A DNA stretch of 63,344 nt, counting the filler, from Choristocarpus tenellus KU-1152 (lineage: Eukaryota > Protista > Phaeophyceae): assembly GCA_964200185.2 (NCBI GenBank). It is 12 parts of 12 records of this genome, joined end to end, with 100 filler letters (N's around TTAATTAATTAA, not from the genome) between each part and the next. Parts side by side here need not be neighbours in the genome. Positions count along the whole stretch, not along the records: positions 1 to 5,993 come from CAXNAD020009215.1; positions 6,094 to 9,444 come from CAXNAD020020624.1; positions 9,545 to 13,680 come from CAXNAD020016039.1; 9 more parts are not named here. One strand, 5' to 3'. Within the stretch, counting starts at the first letter, position 1. The number at the start of each line of letters is the position of its first letter. The notes beneath the pieces were generated by a model, which worked only from the letters and a program-made list of their open reading frames with translations, searched no databases and was not told the origin of the DNA. The position numbers were made by a program, and so were the translations under genes. Shown here piece after piece: positions 1 to 11,978 of the stretch.

Positions 1-2876
1 CTCATAACATTTTTTTGCATTTAAAAAAAAATACATATCGACACTTTATCCCAGACAATTTTGGGTCAAGCTCATCCTCAATGAAAAGCTCCATCCTCAA
101 ATTTTGAAATCTGCTGTTATTTGATATTATTATAGTGTAGTGAAGATTTTTGTTATGGAAGAAACAAGAAGAAACATGTAAGGTAAGGGATATATAGGAA
201 AACAAGGACCTCAAATTGTTGTAGTAGAAAACTTAGTGCACAAGTACGACAATATATGAAAACCCTGACACATCCGTAAAATGTCAGAGGGCATAATAAT
301 AAATATATGAAAAGGAATAGAAAATATCTATACGAACTACTCAAAGAATTTTGAACGATAGTCTAACGATGGGTGAGGAGTCCTCACACTAAAGTAACAA
401 AAAATATAAAATTGCTATTACAAAATATTTTCAAATAAATCCAGTTGTTCGAAGCTCGAGATCTCCAAAAGAAATTCTAACCGCAACCCAATTTTATATA
501 TTCTTTCATCTTCACCGAACAGATCCAAAAACATCTTCATTCTTAACCGCCACTGATACAGTAGCCTTGATTTGGTCGATTTTTCGTTATTGTATACCCA
601 TGTTATACTTTTCATGGTCGCCTCTTTCGTCCCTTGATGAGTGGTTGAAGGGTTTGTGTTTTTTTAAGACGTGGTCCAGGACAGAACGAACATAGACGTG
701 GCTCTTGGGATTTCTCCATCTTTCTACAATATCTATGAGGAAGGGAGGTTTGTTTTGTCTTCCATAGTGCACATTTCTGTGTAGGTTGGATCTACTTTGA
801 TAGTGTGAGGACCATGTCGACGTGCAACTCGGATTTGTTCGAGGTGGGGATGCAAAGGGGTGAGGAGGCGGCAAACATTCTCCGCCTTATTGCCGTGATG
901 GTGGTGGCGAGTGCTTTGTCGGCATGGTTCAACAGTTTGAAGATCAAACGCATGATACTTATGTTCCTCCACTGGGTTAGGCGAGTCGAAAAAGCAGCAA
1001 TTAACTGCAGTGAATTCTTGGCTATCATAGTTACTATACTCTATTGTCTTTGTTTGTGATCGGTAGTTTGACAAAGGCGACGTAGAGGACATATGGATGA
1101 GGTGTTGTTGGGCGTGTGTGAATGTGAATCCCTTGCCTGTCGACATTTGTTGCAACGGCTCATGGTGCAACCGCTTCTGGACTGAAGACCCACCACTGTA
1201 CAAGGAATCGTTAGCACTCGTTGGCATCTATTCCATAGTCACTACTTTGGTGCATCTTGATTAAAGTCGATCATTTCTGATGCCAAAAGCTAACTTGATG
1301 TTTGGTCCTGGGTCCACATCTCCCTCTCGCTCTTCAACTCTAACATATTTGGCAACTAAAGTGGTTTCGGGTATGCTTCTTCTCAGCTCATCATGTCCAT
1401 CATGGTAATAAACTGCTGGTCCACGAACGAGTTGAAGCCGTTCATCTACACCTTGAAGTTCTTGGAATTATGGTCGGTCAACGTATTTTCTCTGAGCAAC
1501 CTGGCTCTCACAATAAATCTTGCCCACATCGTTGAGGTGAGTACTTCTCACTGCGCTTATAACCAGGCGGTGCCCCCGTTAACTGTACCCTCTCCCTACG
1601 CACGCGTATCAGGCTTGCATGCTTGATTTACATTACGCCATCTTTGCCATTCATCCTGTACGCTTGGAGCTTGCCACTGAACAGATGGTGTCATGCCCCC
1701 TTGCACCAACAATATTCCATCAACTGTTTTTCCTACTGACCATTAGTGCTGCCTGTCCTCCCAGCATTTTTTTTCAAGTACAGTAATGCAAATCACTCAC
1801 AAAAAACCTTACCAGTCTGTTGGTAGGTCCCTAAGACCACACCACTCCCCTGGACTTCCCCTTGCCTCTCTGTTTCGCCAGGGATACAAAAAATGCCAGC
1901 GTGTCAGTGGTGAAGACAGCCAATACTTAGCCAAGGTTGTCGTGGTTGTGGGCTTCCTCATGGCCATGGCATCTGTCCCTTTCTGGGACGAACTACTTGT
2001 GACTGGTGGCTACTTTTGGGTGGCGTCAACCGGTCAGGTGAGACTCACTCGATTTGTTCAATGTTCTTGACCCAAAATCTAAGTTGTTTTTTATTAGTGG
2101 GTAAAATCGTCACATATTGGAAATTAGAGCTGTACTGTATCATGTGCTTCATAGTATATTAGATGACTCGAAGTCTGCATTGGTGAATCTTCTGTAGTTC
2201 AATCATTTCTTCGTGAAAAGCACATGATATTTCGTGGCAATGGCTTTGTAGGCTAAAGAGACTACACCTGTTGTATATGTGTGAAAGTTGAAAAGGGATA
2301 ATAGGGCTGCCAGTTGTGAGAGTTCTTGCATAGTGGGATATAGATTTCACCTGAACCTAGGAAGGCGTTGTTAAGCTCTGCTTTGTTTCCCCTATTTTAG
2401 TGATTGTGAGCTCAAATACGCTTTCAATGTATTCTATGTGCCAAAAGTGTTGAATGGACCTGTTTAAACCCTCAGAATTGCCAAATATCTACTTGAAAAA
2501 ATATGGGTGGATAACCGTTTCGTACCTGTTTTCTTTCAAATTGAAATTAAAATGCTCCTAAAAATGGAAAACAAAGGTCCCAAGATACGGCAGTCAAGCT
2601 ATGACAATGCACATGATGTCTAAGCCCGACGATGCCATTAAAATGTGGTGAACATCAACGCAATCCAGCTTCTCCCCCCCCCCCCCCTCATCCAACTTGT
2701 CTTGACTACAAGATTAATTAACTAAACCTATCCTGTAAATTGAGGCTCTAAACTGAAACTATATTGATCTTTTGAAGAGGCATTGCATATGGATCACCTT
2801 ACGTATGAAACATGGTTTTGAGTGTGCTAGGGTTAGGGTTGTACAAGCAGAAAATACGAGTTAAAACGGAAACTGA

Positions 2877-3134
2877 GAGTGCAAGTATCTCAAGGGGTAC
2901 GAGTTTTACCCTGTTTGACCGTTTGGGACTGGACTTCCCATATATATTTTTTACGTTTTACCCATTCCAAAATGGATCGGAGTAGGTAAAATGTATACGT
3001 TATGAATAGGTGTGTTCGGAACACGGATATTGACACTTTCTATCAAACACGATAGCCAAAATTACACCAAAATCGCAATATTGGATTTTGGCCCCCAAAT
3101 GGACAAAGCTCTACCCTCTAAGATACCTTGACTC
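2877..3134. mobile_element. MITE family A copy (~258 bp), TSD TGA
   Basis: TIRs GAGTGCAAGTATCT / AGATACCTTGACTC, with TGA on both flanks. Six further copies in the window. Confidence 0.8.
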
Positions 3135-5993
3135 TGATCACTGTGAGGTATGAATCTTCTCGATTTCTGTACCATATTAAATCTTGTTTCAAGAAACGAG
3201 ATTGAAGAATTAATTCTGGTTTGCTGGTCAGTCACTGTTATTTCTCCTGAATCAGTAACTCATTGCATTTCATTGTTAGTATTGTACCCTCCCTTCGTAA
3301 ATGAAAGCACACAATACCGGCATGTTCGACCTTCATTTCAGTTCAGTAGACCCCTCTATTTCATATCCTAGGACACAACAATTTTTCCTTTTGGAGCAGC
3401 GCAAGCCAGCCCCGAGATCATAGTTTCTCCTCAAGAGGATTGGCCTTACTCCTTGGATATCTCTAGAGCTTGAGGGTCTTTGCAAGAGGGGCTGTCACTG
3501 TTGTACTAGAGGTACATGCCCTTGCCCCTGGTATATATGTATGGCGGGTAAAGGTCTACTAGTGTGTGATATGAGGACCGGTTTTAGAGTTGTGAACCTG
3601 AGGTCACAGTGAGCGTCTTCTGTAAAGGGGGGTTGTGCCACTATCTCTAGTGGATCACCATGAAATGTCTACAAAATTGATAATTTTGTGTGGTGGATGT
3701 AGTGCTCTGTAGCACTATTGGTCGATTTGATCTCAATAGTGTTGTACTTGTCAACAGCAGTGAGTGAGTCCCCCCTTCTTGTTGATCTGGATTGTTCTTG
3801 TGGGATTTTCCAACACTTCTCTGTCGCATGCTCTTTCTTAACTCCAAGGCGTTTTGGTTGCCTTTTGATTGTTTTAAATAGTTTTTCGGTTATTTGGTGG
3901 TACTGTATGACTACGAATACAATTGTTGGCAGTGAATGTGAAACAAAATTGTACTGTATGAGGTAAATGTGTAATGTTAGAAAGTGGGAAATTTCCAAAT
4001 GAGTTGGCATCCCTCCCCCAAAAGGCAGGACTTTAGACCAGACTGGCAGTTAACCAAATAAACCGGCCTGTTGGTCTGTGGTCCATTTTGGTCTATTATT
4101 TTGATTACCCTGGTTCGGTTGTTCAAATACTCTGGAATATGTTTCAAACAAAACAGTCCACAACCCGTTGTGGTTACAATTCGATGTCGAATCGATCTGC
4201 ACTCATACACTCGTATTGTATTTTATTTTAGTTGCTGGTGAAACAATGGAAATTGAAAACTGAAAGCCCCTACTATGACAACAGTAGTAGAATGTAAGAG
4301 TTTAATTGAAGCGTAATTTAAACGAGTTATGAACATATTCTGAGGAGTTTGATGAGTGATGAGTGGCTTCCACGTTCCTCACCATAGGCCCTGTCTATGG
4401 ATTGAGTACTGCTGTGAGTCAAAATGGGTGGAGATGTCTAGGGATGGTGGTCTAGCGCCCAGAGCACAATTGGCACTGATTGGTGATTTGCCAAGAGGAG
4501 CAGTAGTAGTGTCAATGGTAGCGACAGTGACAGCAACAGCGTAATTTGCAACCCACTGAGCATGCGGCCGTCCTTGCCCATATTGACAGCTCGTGATGAA
4601 GACCTGTTCAACAACTCATTTATGGAGAGGGTCCAGTCTGCCAATGGTGCATTTAGCATGTGGGTGTGGGAGTCTGTAAGGTCCGCTCCAGAGTGAACAT
4701 GTGATTGGCCATCAGGAATGTGTAGTGTTGGGCATGGGTCGAGGAAGGAATCAAGTAACGAGATGTCTCCTATCTTGAATTTCTTAAGGATCTAGGTTAC
4801 AAAGAAAGTCAAACCGCTTAAGGCATCTACATGGGACTGACCTTCTCGGTCCAGAGATGTCTTCGGATGATGTGTACATGCCAGGAAATGATGCTGCTGA
4901 GAGGCTGAATTTCTCACTGCCTGTGAAGTCCCCAGGTATCATAAGGACAGTACCAGCGCAATACTTGACTCTTGCAATGGCAGTGAGGTTGAATTGAACG
5001 ACAAAAAACGACCCTTGGTATCCCACCTTGGATGAATCGCTGAACTGGCCCTCCAGCTTTTTGACGATGCTCTCGTTCACATCCACGTAAAGGTGCACAT
5101 GACCTTCTCAAAATATATTGCATGGATTGGAAATGCAGCCCACGCGGGTAACAAGAAGTCCGTGTATGGCCCACTCCCATGTTTCTGCTTCCTGATTTTC
5201 GTCCAGCAAAGCTGAAATAGTACGCCACCTGTTGAATACCCGTTACTCGTCCCATTATACCTTAGAAGAATTGGGTTGCGGTGAAAAAGAAAAAGGGGCA
5301 TTTCCCAGATACATATAAACGTATGTAATAAACGTTTTGCACGTTATGCACGTTTTGCAAATCCCACACAACGTGGGACCAACAAGTTTAACACGATCAA
5401 GACATACTCAGAGAGCATCCCGTTATAATATGACCAAAACAGGGTTAGGTCGTGGTTTTCCCGATCCGTTCTGGTTCTGTTCATGTGGAGCTGGTTCGGT
5501 GTAGAGACCTGGAATAATGTACGTGCGTTTTCGGGCTTTTTAAAAAAATGGGTAGTAATTCAATTTTTAGACTTTATATGAGAGGTGTGGCGAAATTGTG
5601 GAAAACGATGTTATTTTGTTGTGGTTTTTTCAGCGACCTCTATAAAATTACCCAAATCTGATAGGTTTTTACAATGGATTCGGTCATTACATCTGTTTCT
5701 CGCCACCACAGATGTGCGGCAAAGCATGGCACTCAATTTTTGGGGGATTTCTTGGATGCATCCCACATATTACCTTTACAGTGTAAATAAGTTAACATTA
5801 ATGGTATAATACTTTGAAGATGCAAGGTAAAATGGACGGTAACTCACTTGTATCGTAGTTTAGTTTTATGCGATATCTTAACAGTAATATTCAATAGCTC
5901 CTCATTGGCCCTAGCGCACCAATGGAACCAGTGTGGACAAGGGGCAAACGCGTGGGCCTCAACTTAACCACTGGAACCAGCATGCCAGATCCC

Positions 5994-6093
5994 NNNNNNN
6001 NNNNNNNNNNNNNNNNNNNNNNNNNNNNNNNNNNNNNTTAATTAATTAANNNNNNNNNNNNNNNNNNNNNNNNNNNNNNNNNNNNNNNNNNNN
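5994..6093. other. Artificial contig-joining spacer (44N-TTAATTAATTAA-44N); also at 9445, 13681, 26445, 30574, 35096, 37950, 40700, 46829, 51077, 60157
   Basis: Eleven identical 100-nt spacers whose core gives stop codons in all frames on both strands. Confidence 0.97.
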
Positions 6094-6098
6094 GGTGT

Positions 6099-6159
<61 letters not shown>

Positions 6160-8034
6160 TTAGGAGAGGAAATGGTGTGTTGGGTCAGAGGGAGTATGAG
6201 TGTGTTCTGGTACGTGAAGGTTGTTTGACTGGAGCAGTCCATGACATTTTTGTGCCCTAGGCCAGCCAGAGACATCATAGATAAAGATTGAAGTACTATT
6301 ATACTATGTAAGTATCAATAAAAAAATAATAATCTCAATTTTTAGGCATTTTTTGCAAAGTTTTGTTTCATTATTCAGATCTAATTGTAGTTCTCTTATT
6401 CTATATGTGATGGAGCAATCGGGTGAAAGCTTGTGACTTGAGGTTCAAGTCAGTGTGTAACAGTTGAAGCCTACCACTAAATATCCACCTGTTGGCATCT
6501 GCATTAAGAATGGGGAGGCGTTTTGGAATATTCCAATTTCTCTGAGTCACACAAGGACACTGCAGTTGATGGTCAGGCAGTACAAGAGTTGGCAAACAAC
6601 AATCTGACTACCGTGTTTGGTTTTGTAAGTCAAAGTCAAGATCTCGAATTATCAATGCCCTGAGCAACAAGAGTCACAATGGTGACAAACAAAAAGCAAG
6701 AGGTAGAGAATGTCAGCCTCGGGGACACATGCAGACGTGGGGATGTCATACCATGAGAGGGGGAGGCTGTGGAAAGACCAGGCAAGGGCCTTGATGGTTG
6801 CAGTGAGGAAGATGGGGTGCTCTTTGGCGAGGGCTGGTGGAATTATAGGAGCCATGTTGAGATTGCTGAGGCTGAGACAAAAGAATTGTTGTGGTGAGAA
6901 GGGCTTGGATATAATTTGGGCACTGTCTTGTATGCCCGAGTTCAAGGCTGTTGAGTTGTTTTGGCGCGATGGGAAGCAGTACGTTGGCTCTTGGTGTATA
7001 GTGGGGGGAACAATTGGATGAGTGAGAGATCAGGTGAGGGTGGGTGGGAATCAGCAGACTGTGGTGAGGCGGTTGTTCCGTGCCAAGAGGGAGGTGTCAA
7101 GTTACATCAGATGGGGGACGCAATATTTTACGGAGGCGTATTCAATGTTCCACGCAGGGTGTGAGAGATACGGACGAGTTCATGAGACCAGTGGATATGC
7201 TGGACAGGGGAGAGGAGATGAGGAGTTTTTCATGAGGATTATGAGGTGTAACTTGAGATGGAAGGCGGTAACGGTGACAACGTCGAAGATGACATATCTG
7301 AGCGTGGAATTAAGAAATATATATGCCAAAAAGATAACCCGGAATTGCTTTGGAGTACTTCAAGCATTTTTTTTTTCTTAAATTGTTCTGCACTTCCAAT
7401 CAAGAAGATTTAGAGCAGCCAAGAAGATGTTCTACCAATGCTGTGTGTTAGCATTTCGATGTCAAATGACAGAAGTTTTTCTTGTCATAAATGGGAAAAA
7501 CAGTCATGTAGATACGGAAATAGTATGTATGATCCCCTCATTTGTGGAAATAATGTGCTCCCAAATAAGGCATGCTGTACTGTGAGTCGAAGGTGCTATG
7601 GCTATAGCTTGACCAATGCGTTGAAATGCCGGCTTTCATCCCAAGTATGTTTTTGGCGGGATGAACATTAAATTGGTGTAGATTTTACAGCGATTTGAAT
7701 GCCTCCAGTGTACTTTGTGTTTTCACTTGCGGTAAGGTATACCATTTTATTGTACATACAGTAATCCTAGCCCTAACCCTATCCCGTGCTAGTGATATCA
7801 GTACTTCTAGTGCTGATTGCTGATGCACTCCTCAAAACTTCTTGTATGAAACATTTTCCTTATCTTTGATGTCAGAAGAGAAACAGGTCAATTTCACCCA
7901 CGACACTCTCACTCCCCCCCTTCCCCACCCAAAAAAAAAAAATGTTTTGATGAATATTTTTTTTCTTGTGCTGAGCATGACTGACTGACTGCGTGTGAAA
8001 ACCCTTGTTTCATTTTGGTGTTGTGTTCATTCAG

Positions 8035-9418
8035 ATGGTTTTCATCCAGCCAACAACATACGCCCTCATTAATGTGACAGACCAGCCGTTCCTGGTGGTT
8101 CCCCTTAATGAGATAGAGCATGTGCACTTTGAACGTGTCCTGTCCAGCTCGAAGACTTGTGACATGAAGATCATCATGAAGGCAAGAGAGGGAGAGAGAG
8201 AGAGAGCCCCTCTTGCCTTTCGGTTGTGTTGTATTGTGAACTGGTTTGCATGTGCTTGAAAGGAACCCTACCCTAACTCTAGTCTTGTTGTAGTGCATAG
8301 TATATATAGTAAGTGAAGAATCTCAGAACTGTGGAGTTTTGATTCTCAAGAACATGAGATGTGGAACCAACACTCACCTGTCCAAAAAATCTCCATTTTG
8401 AATAGTGTGTGCCATTCTTACGTACATCCAGTGTCGGAACAATTTCACATTGAGTGTACAGTGTATTCTTCTTTTGACAATGAGTTTGATGTACTGGTCT
8501 GACCGCATCCATGCACACAACATGCCGCCTGCATGTAGAAGTAAAACCATCCCTGATACCCAACCCTTTGGATACTGTTACCTGTCTGCATTCATGCTAT
8601 CCTTGCTATTCGTTGGTAGTCTACTACCAGTGTTTTTATTATTCTGATGCTGCATAAGTAGTAGTGTGTATTTTCTTGTGTTGAGTATTGTGTGTGTGTG
8701 TTTTGCACTCTGAAAATTAGCAGGACGTCTCTTCTCCGCATCACTCTGCCCCCCCCCCCTTCCAAGTGAGTTCCATGTGTCTGTTGGCCTTCTGAAGGTG
8801 CTTTGGTCCTACTGTGCCGGTGTTGGTTGAATATGAGGTGTACTCTTTATTGAACTAAATATTAATACATATGCACACATGCATGTGTAGTCTCCCTCAC
8901 CAGTCAGTACAACTCCCCTTGGCACCATGCTGTGCAGGATAACATGCTGGAGAACGGAGGCGAACCAGTGTCAATCAACATGATCGATCAGGTGACATTA
9001 CATCAACGCAGCACACATGCCTGTGTGTACGTGTATACATGTGACTCATGGTTAACAGGTGGTGTAGATTGGACTGTTGAGCCCAAGTTTGAAGCTGTCT
9101 GTGGCGTGCCTTGGGAAGAGTTCAGGGTGCCCTATGTGTGCAATAGATTCTCCAGCTGAAACATGAACTAACAGGTCTCCTTCAATGTGGTTCATCTTCT
9201 GAACCCCCACCCCTCCTATCCCTGGCAATGATATTGGGGGGTTTTTATGTTCAGAATAAGTACCTGAACAAGATCATGTCGTGGTTGATGGAGTGTGCAG
9301 TAACCTACACGCAATCAGCAAAGCCGTGGAATTGGAAGGCAATGATGGCGGATATCAGAAGTGATGACCGATTCTACCTTGATACAGAGGAGGATGGGGA
9401 GAAGAAGCCAGCGGGATG
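8035..9418 (+). CDS. SPT16: FACT complex subunit SPT16, internal exons 8035-8181, 8938-8991, 9255-9418 (partial; contig ends)
   Basis: The spliced peptide MVFIQPTTYALINVTDQPFLVVPLNEIEHVHFERV...DMKIIMK / ...IMSWLMECAVTYTQSAKPWNWKAMMADIRSDDRFY...GW matches the SPT16 middle domain pattern (QPT..L..L.E.PF.V..L.E.E..H.ERV; WL......T....NW..IM). Exon phases are compatible; the first donor is GC. Confidence 0.85.
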
Positions 9419-9544
9419 GTGAGAGGAGAGGTTGCCTGGGGGGGNNNNNNNNNNNNNNNNNNNNNNNNNNNNNNNNNNNNNNNNNNNNTTAATTAATTAA
9501 NNNNNNNNNNNNNNNNNNNNNNNNNNNNNNNNNNNNNNNNNNNN

Positions 9545-9840
9545 CCGCATGCTGGCGGTGTTTCATGGAAGAGAAGCCTAGACCCCCCGCACTTGTAGGC
9601 ATCTGTGCCTGTACTTGTTGGTGGGTCTCTAGGCGGAGAGACCTACTGCTGCACCCTTCCTCGAAGAAGTCTCTCCCCTCTGTTGTATCAGCTATCTCCA
9701 TTATCCTCTCTAGTGTCCACAGGGAGGTGTTGTCCGCTTGCTCCATGGTGGAGCGTACTAATACTATTGTTGTTGTCAGACATTCACACCACGTAGTTCT
9801 TGTTTCTAAACATTGAACAGACCTGTACAACGCCAACTAC
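9545..9840 (-). mobile_element. Non-LTR retrotransposon fragment (region C-terminal to RT)
   Basis: QVQAQMPTSAGGLGFSSMKHRQHA matches the QA.LP...GGLG motif that follows RT in RLE-type (CRE/NeSL-like) LINEs. Confidence 0.6.
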
Positions 9841-11656
9841 GGACGAAAGAACAGACGTAGGTAATATACCACGATCGAGGGTATTTATTGGAACCTTATA
9901 ACTGGTTCCTTGCCCTCATCTCAATGAGTCATACTCACCCACAGCTGGGTGGCAGAGATTCAGTTTGGGTTAGTGGAGTACCTTGTTGTGAGCCTGAACC
10001 AACGGATATCAGGGTATTTCCACCTGTATGGCTCTATGTCCTACATAACCGATCTCGACCCCAGAATACACTCCAGCATCACTCCCCTCGTCACCGTCAG
10101 CTATATTCCACAGAATGGGCCACCCCCCAGCCAGTGCTCGGTCGAGAGAAGTTCTACAATTCCACATGGTTAGTAGTAGTGTTCTGGCTTGATTTTGCTG
10201 GACTGAGGACTAGAGTCTCACCTGGGTCGAATATAACACTACTGTGACTTTGCACTCGTTTTTCTGCGAATTTGGTGTTCGGCCTAAGGTCCCGAAGTTA
10301 CAAGTGGAAAATAACCCTAAATGTATATACCATGCAACCTTATTATATCTAAATATCGTGTCGGGTGTCACTGGGGAGTACTTTATTACATGTTCTATCC
10401 TAAAAGGTGATAACTTCAACTCAGATAAACGTTCCTAATTACACACGGTATGAGGATCGAAGGCGTGGCATGTTCCGTTTGGGGGTTGAGAGTAAGGGAG
10501 ATGACAGAAAAACGGGAGTTCATACTGGTGGTAGTTAGCAAACGTGATCATGCTTGCATCGTTTTGTGTTGCAACAACAATCTGTGTCGGGATGGCGATA
10601 TGCCCTGTATGTAGGCCCTTCCTTTCCGCACTGTTGACTGTAGTTGTTTAAAAAGGAGGACTTGGAACTTGAAACAAACTATGATACAGGGTTATATGGT
10701 ATATGATTTCATGATTTTGCAGTTACATGTGCAATTTTAAAATTTTCGAAGACAATAAAGGTGGGAAGAAGGGACGACCGCTGTAAACAACCCTTACGTA
10801 CGACATAAACTGAACTTTAGCCTACATGCAGGTTGCTAAGAAGTTTCTACATGTTTTTTTTAACGGTATACCATTCTCTCTGTGGCAACAAACTTACCTC
10901 GGAGGGAGGGTGATCTAATATCGCTCGTTGTGCTTGTTGTGTGCGTGTAGGGACTGACGATGATGAAACACAATTTTCATGCTCTGAGTCAAAACCTTGC
11001 CTTGACGAACAGTTTGGATTGTTCAACCCCTGCCGATTGCAGTGGACATGATGTTAACTCAGACCTCTAAAATAGTGTCATTGTGATATACAAGTTTCTA
11101 TCCCATTATAATTGCTGTGCTCGATGGTGTGGTTCCTGGGCAGGTGTATCATACTCAAAGTGTCACTGCTACTGTGTATGATGGTTCAAGTCAGAAGAAA
11201 CAAACTGAGACAGTGAACCATTTGGCAAGATTGGCAGCGGGCAGTGGGTATGGGTGATGCTTCTGGTGAACAGGAAAATAACATAAAGAGCCTAGGGGGC
11301 AAGGAAGCCAGACCAGGACTGAATGGACTTCCTATGCCCAAGTTAGGTATGAAACAGGGAGAGAGATTGGTATGACCATCGGTCACATTGAGAGAGGATA
11401 TTGCCGTTTGTGTTTCTTCCTGCGCAACTGGCAAAGTGAAATAGTGTTTAGCAGTATCAAAAGGTTGCCTAGACAGTGTGGAAGTTGGGAACGGACTGAG
11501 GTCAGAAGAGATCCAGGCCTCCAGATCAGCCTCACTAGCAGACTTCATAAATTACTGCCGCTCACAATACAAAAGAGTCTCTCTTGGTGAATTCTTAGGT
11601 GTACGCTAGATGTAGGGTTGTAGCTTCCCTGACATGAAGATTTCTTGCACGGATTA

Positions 11657-11809
11657 TTTCCCGAATTTATCTGGGGGGGGGAGAGTTGTCTACACCAGGG
11701 TGTCCATTTGGGTCATAACCAGGAAAAGTGCATTTACATTATCCGTCTGACTTATGCAACCAACTCACACAAAATTCTCGACAGGAAAAAATTGACCCCA
11801 AATGGACAG

Positions 11810-11841
<32 letters not shown>

Positions 11842-11978
11842 CCACTTAACCGCTCCAGCACGGCTGCGTGGAAGGGACGCCGCGGCGCAAGCCCNNNNNN
11901 NNNNAAAAATACCAACCAAAAAAAAAATCCCCCAACCAGAACCCCCCCCCCCCCCCCCCCCCCCAGATACTTTGAGCG
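11657..11978. mobile_element. MITE family B copy (poly-G/poly-C subterminal tracts; spans a 10-N gap, possibly misassembled)
   Basis: CTACACCAGGGTGTCCATTTGGG...AAATTGACCCCAAATGGACAGC...CCCCAGATACTTTGAGC. Confidence 0.65.
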
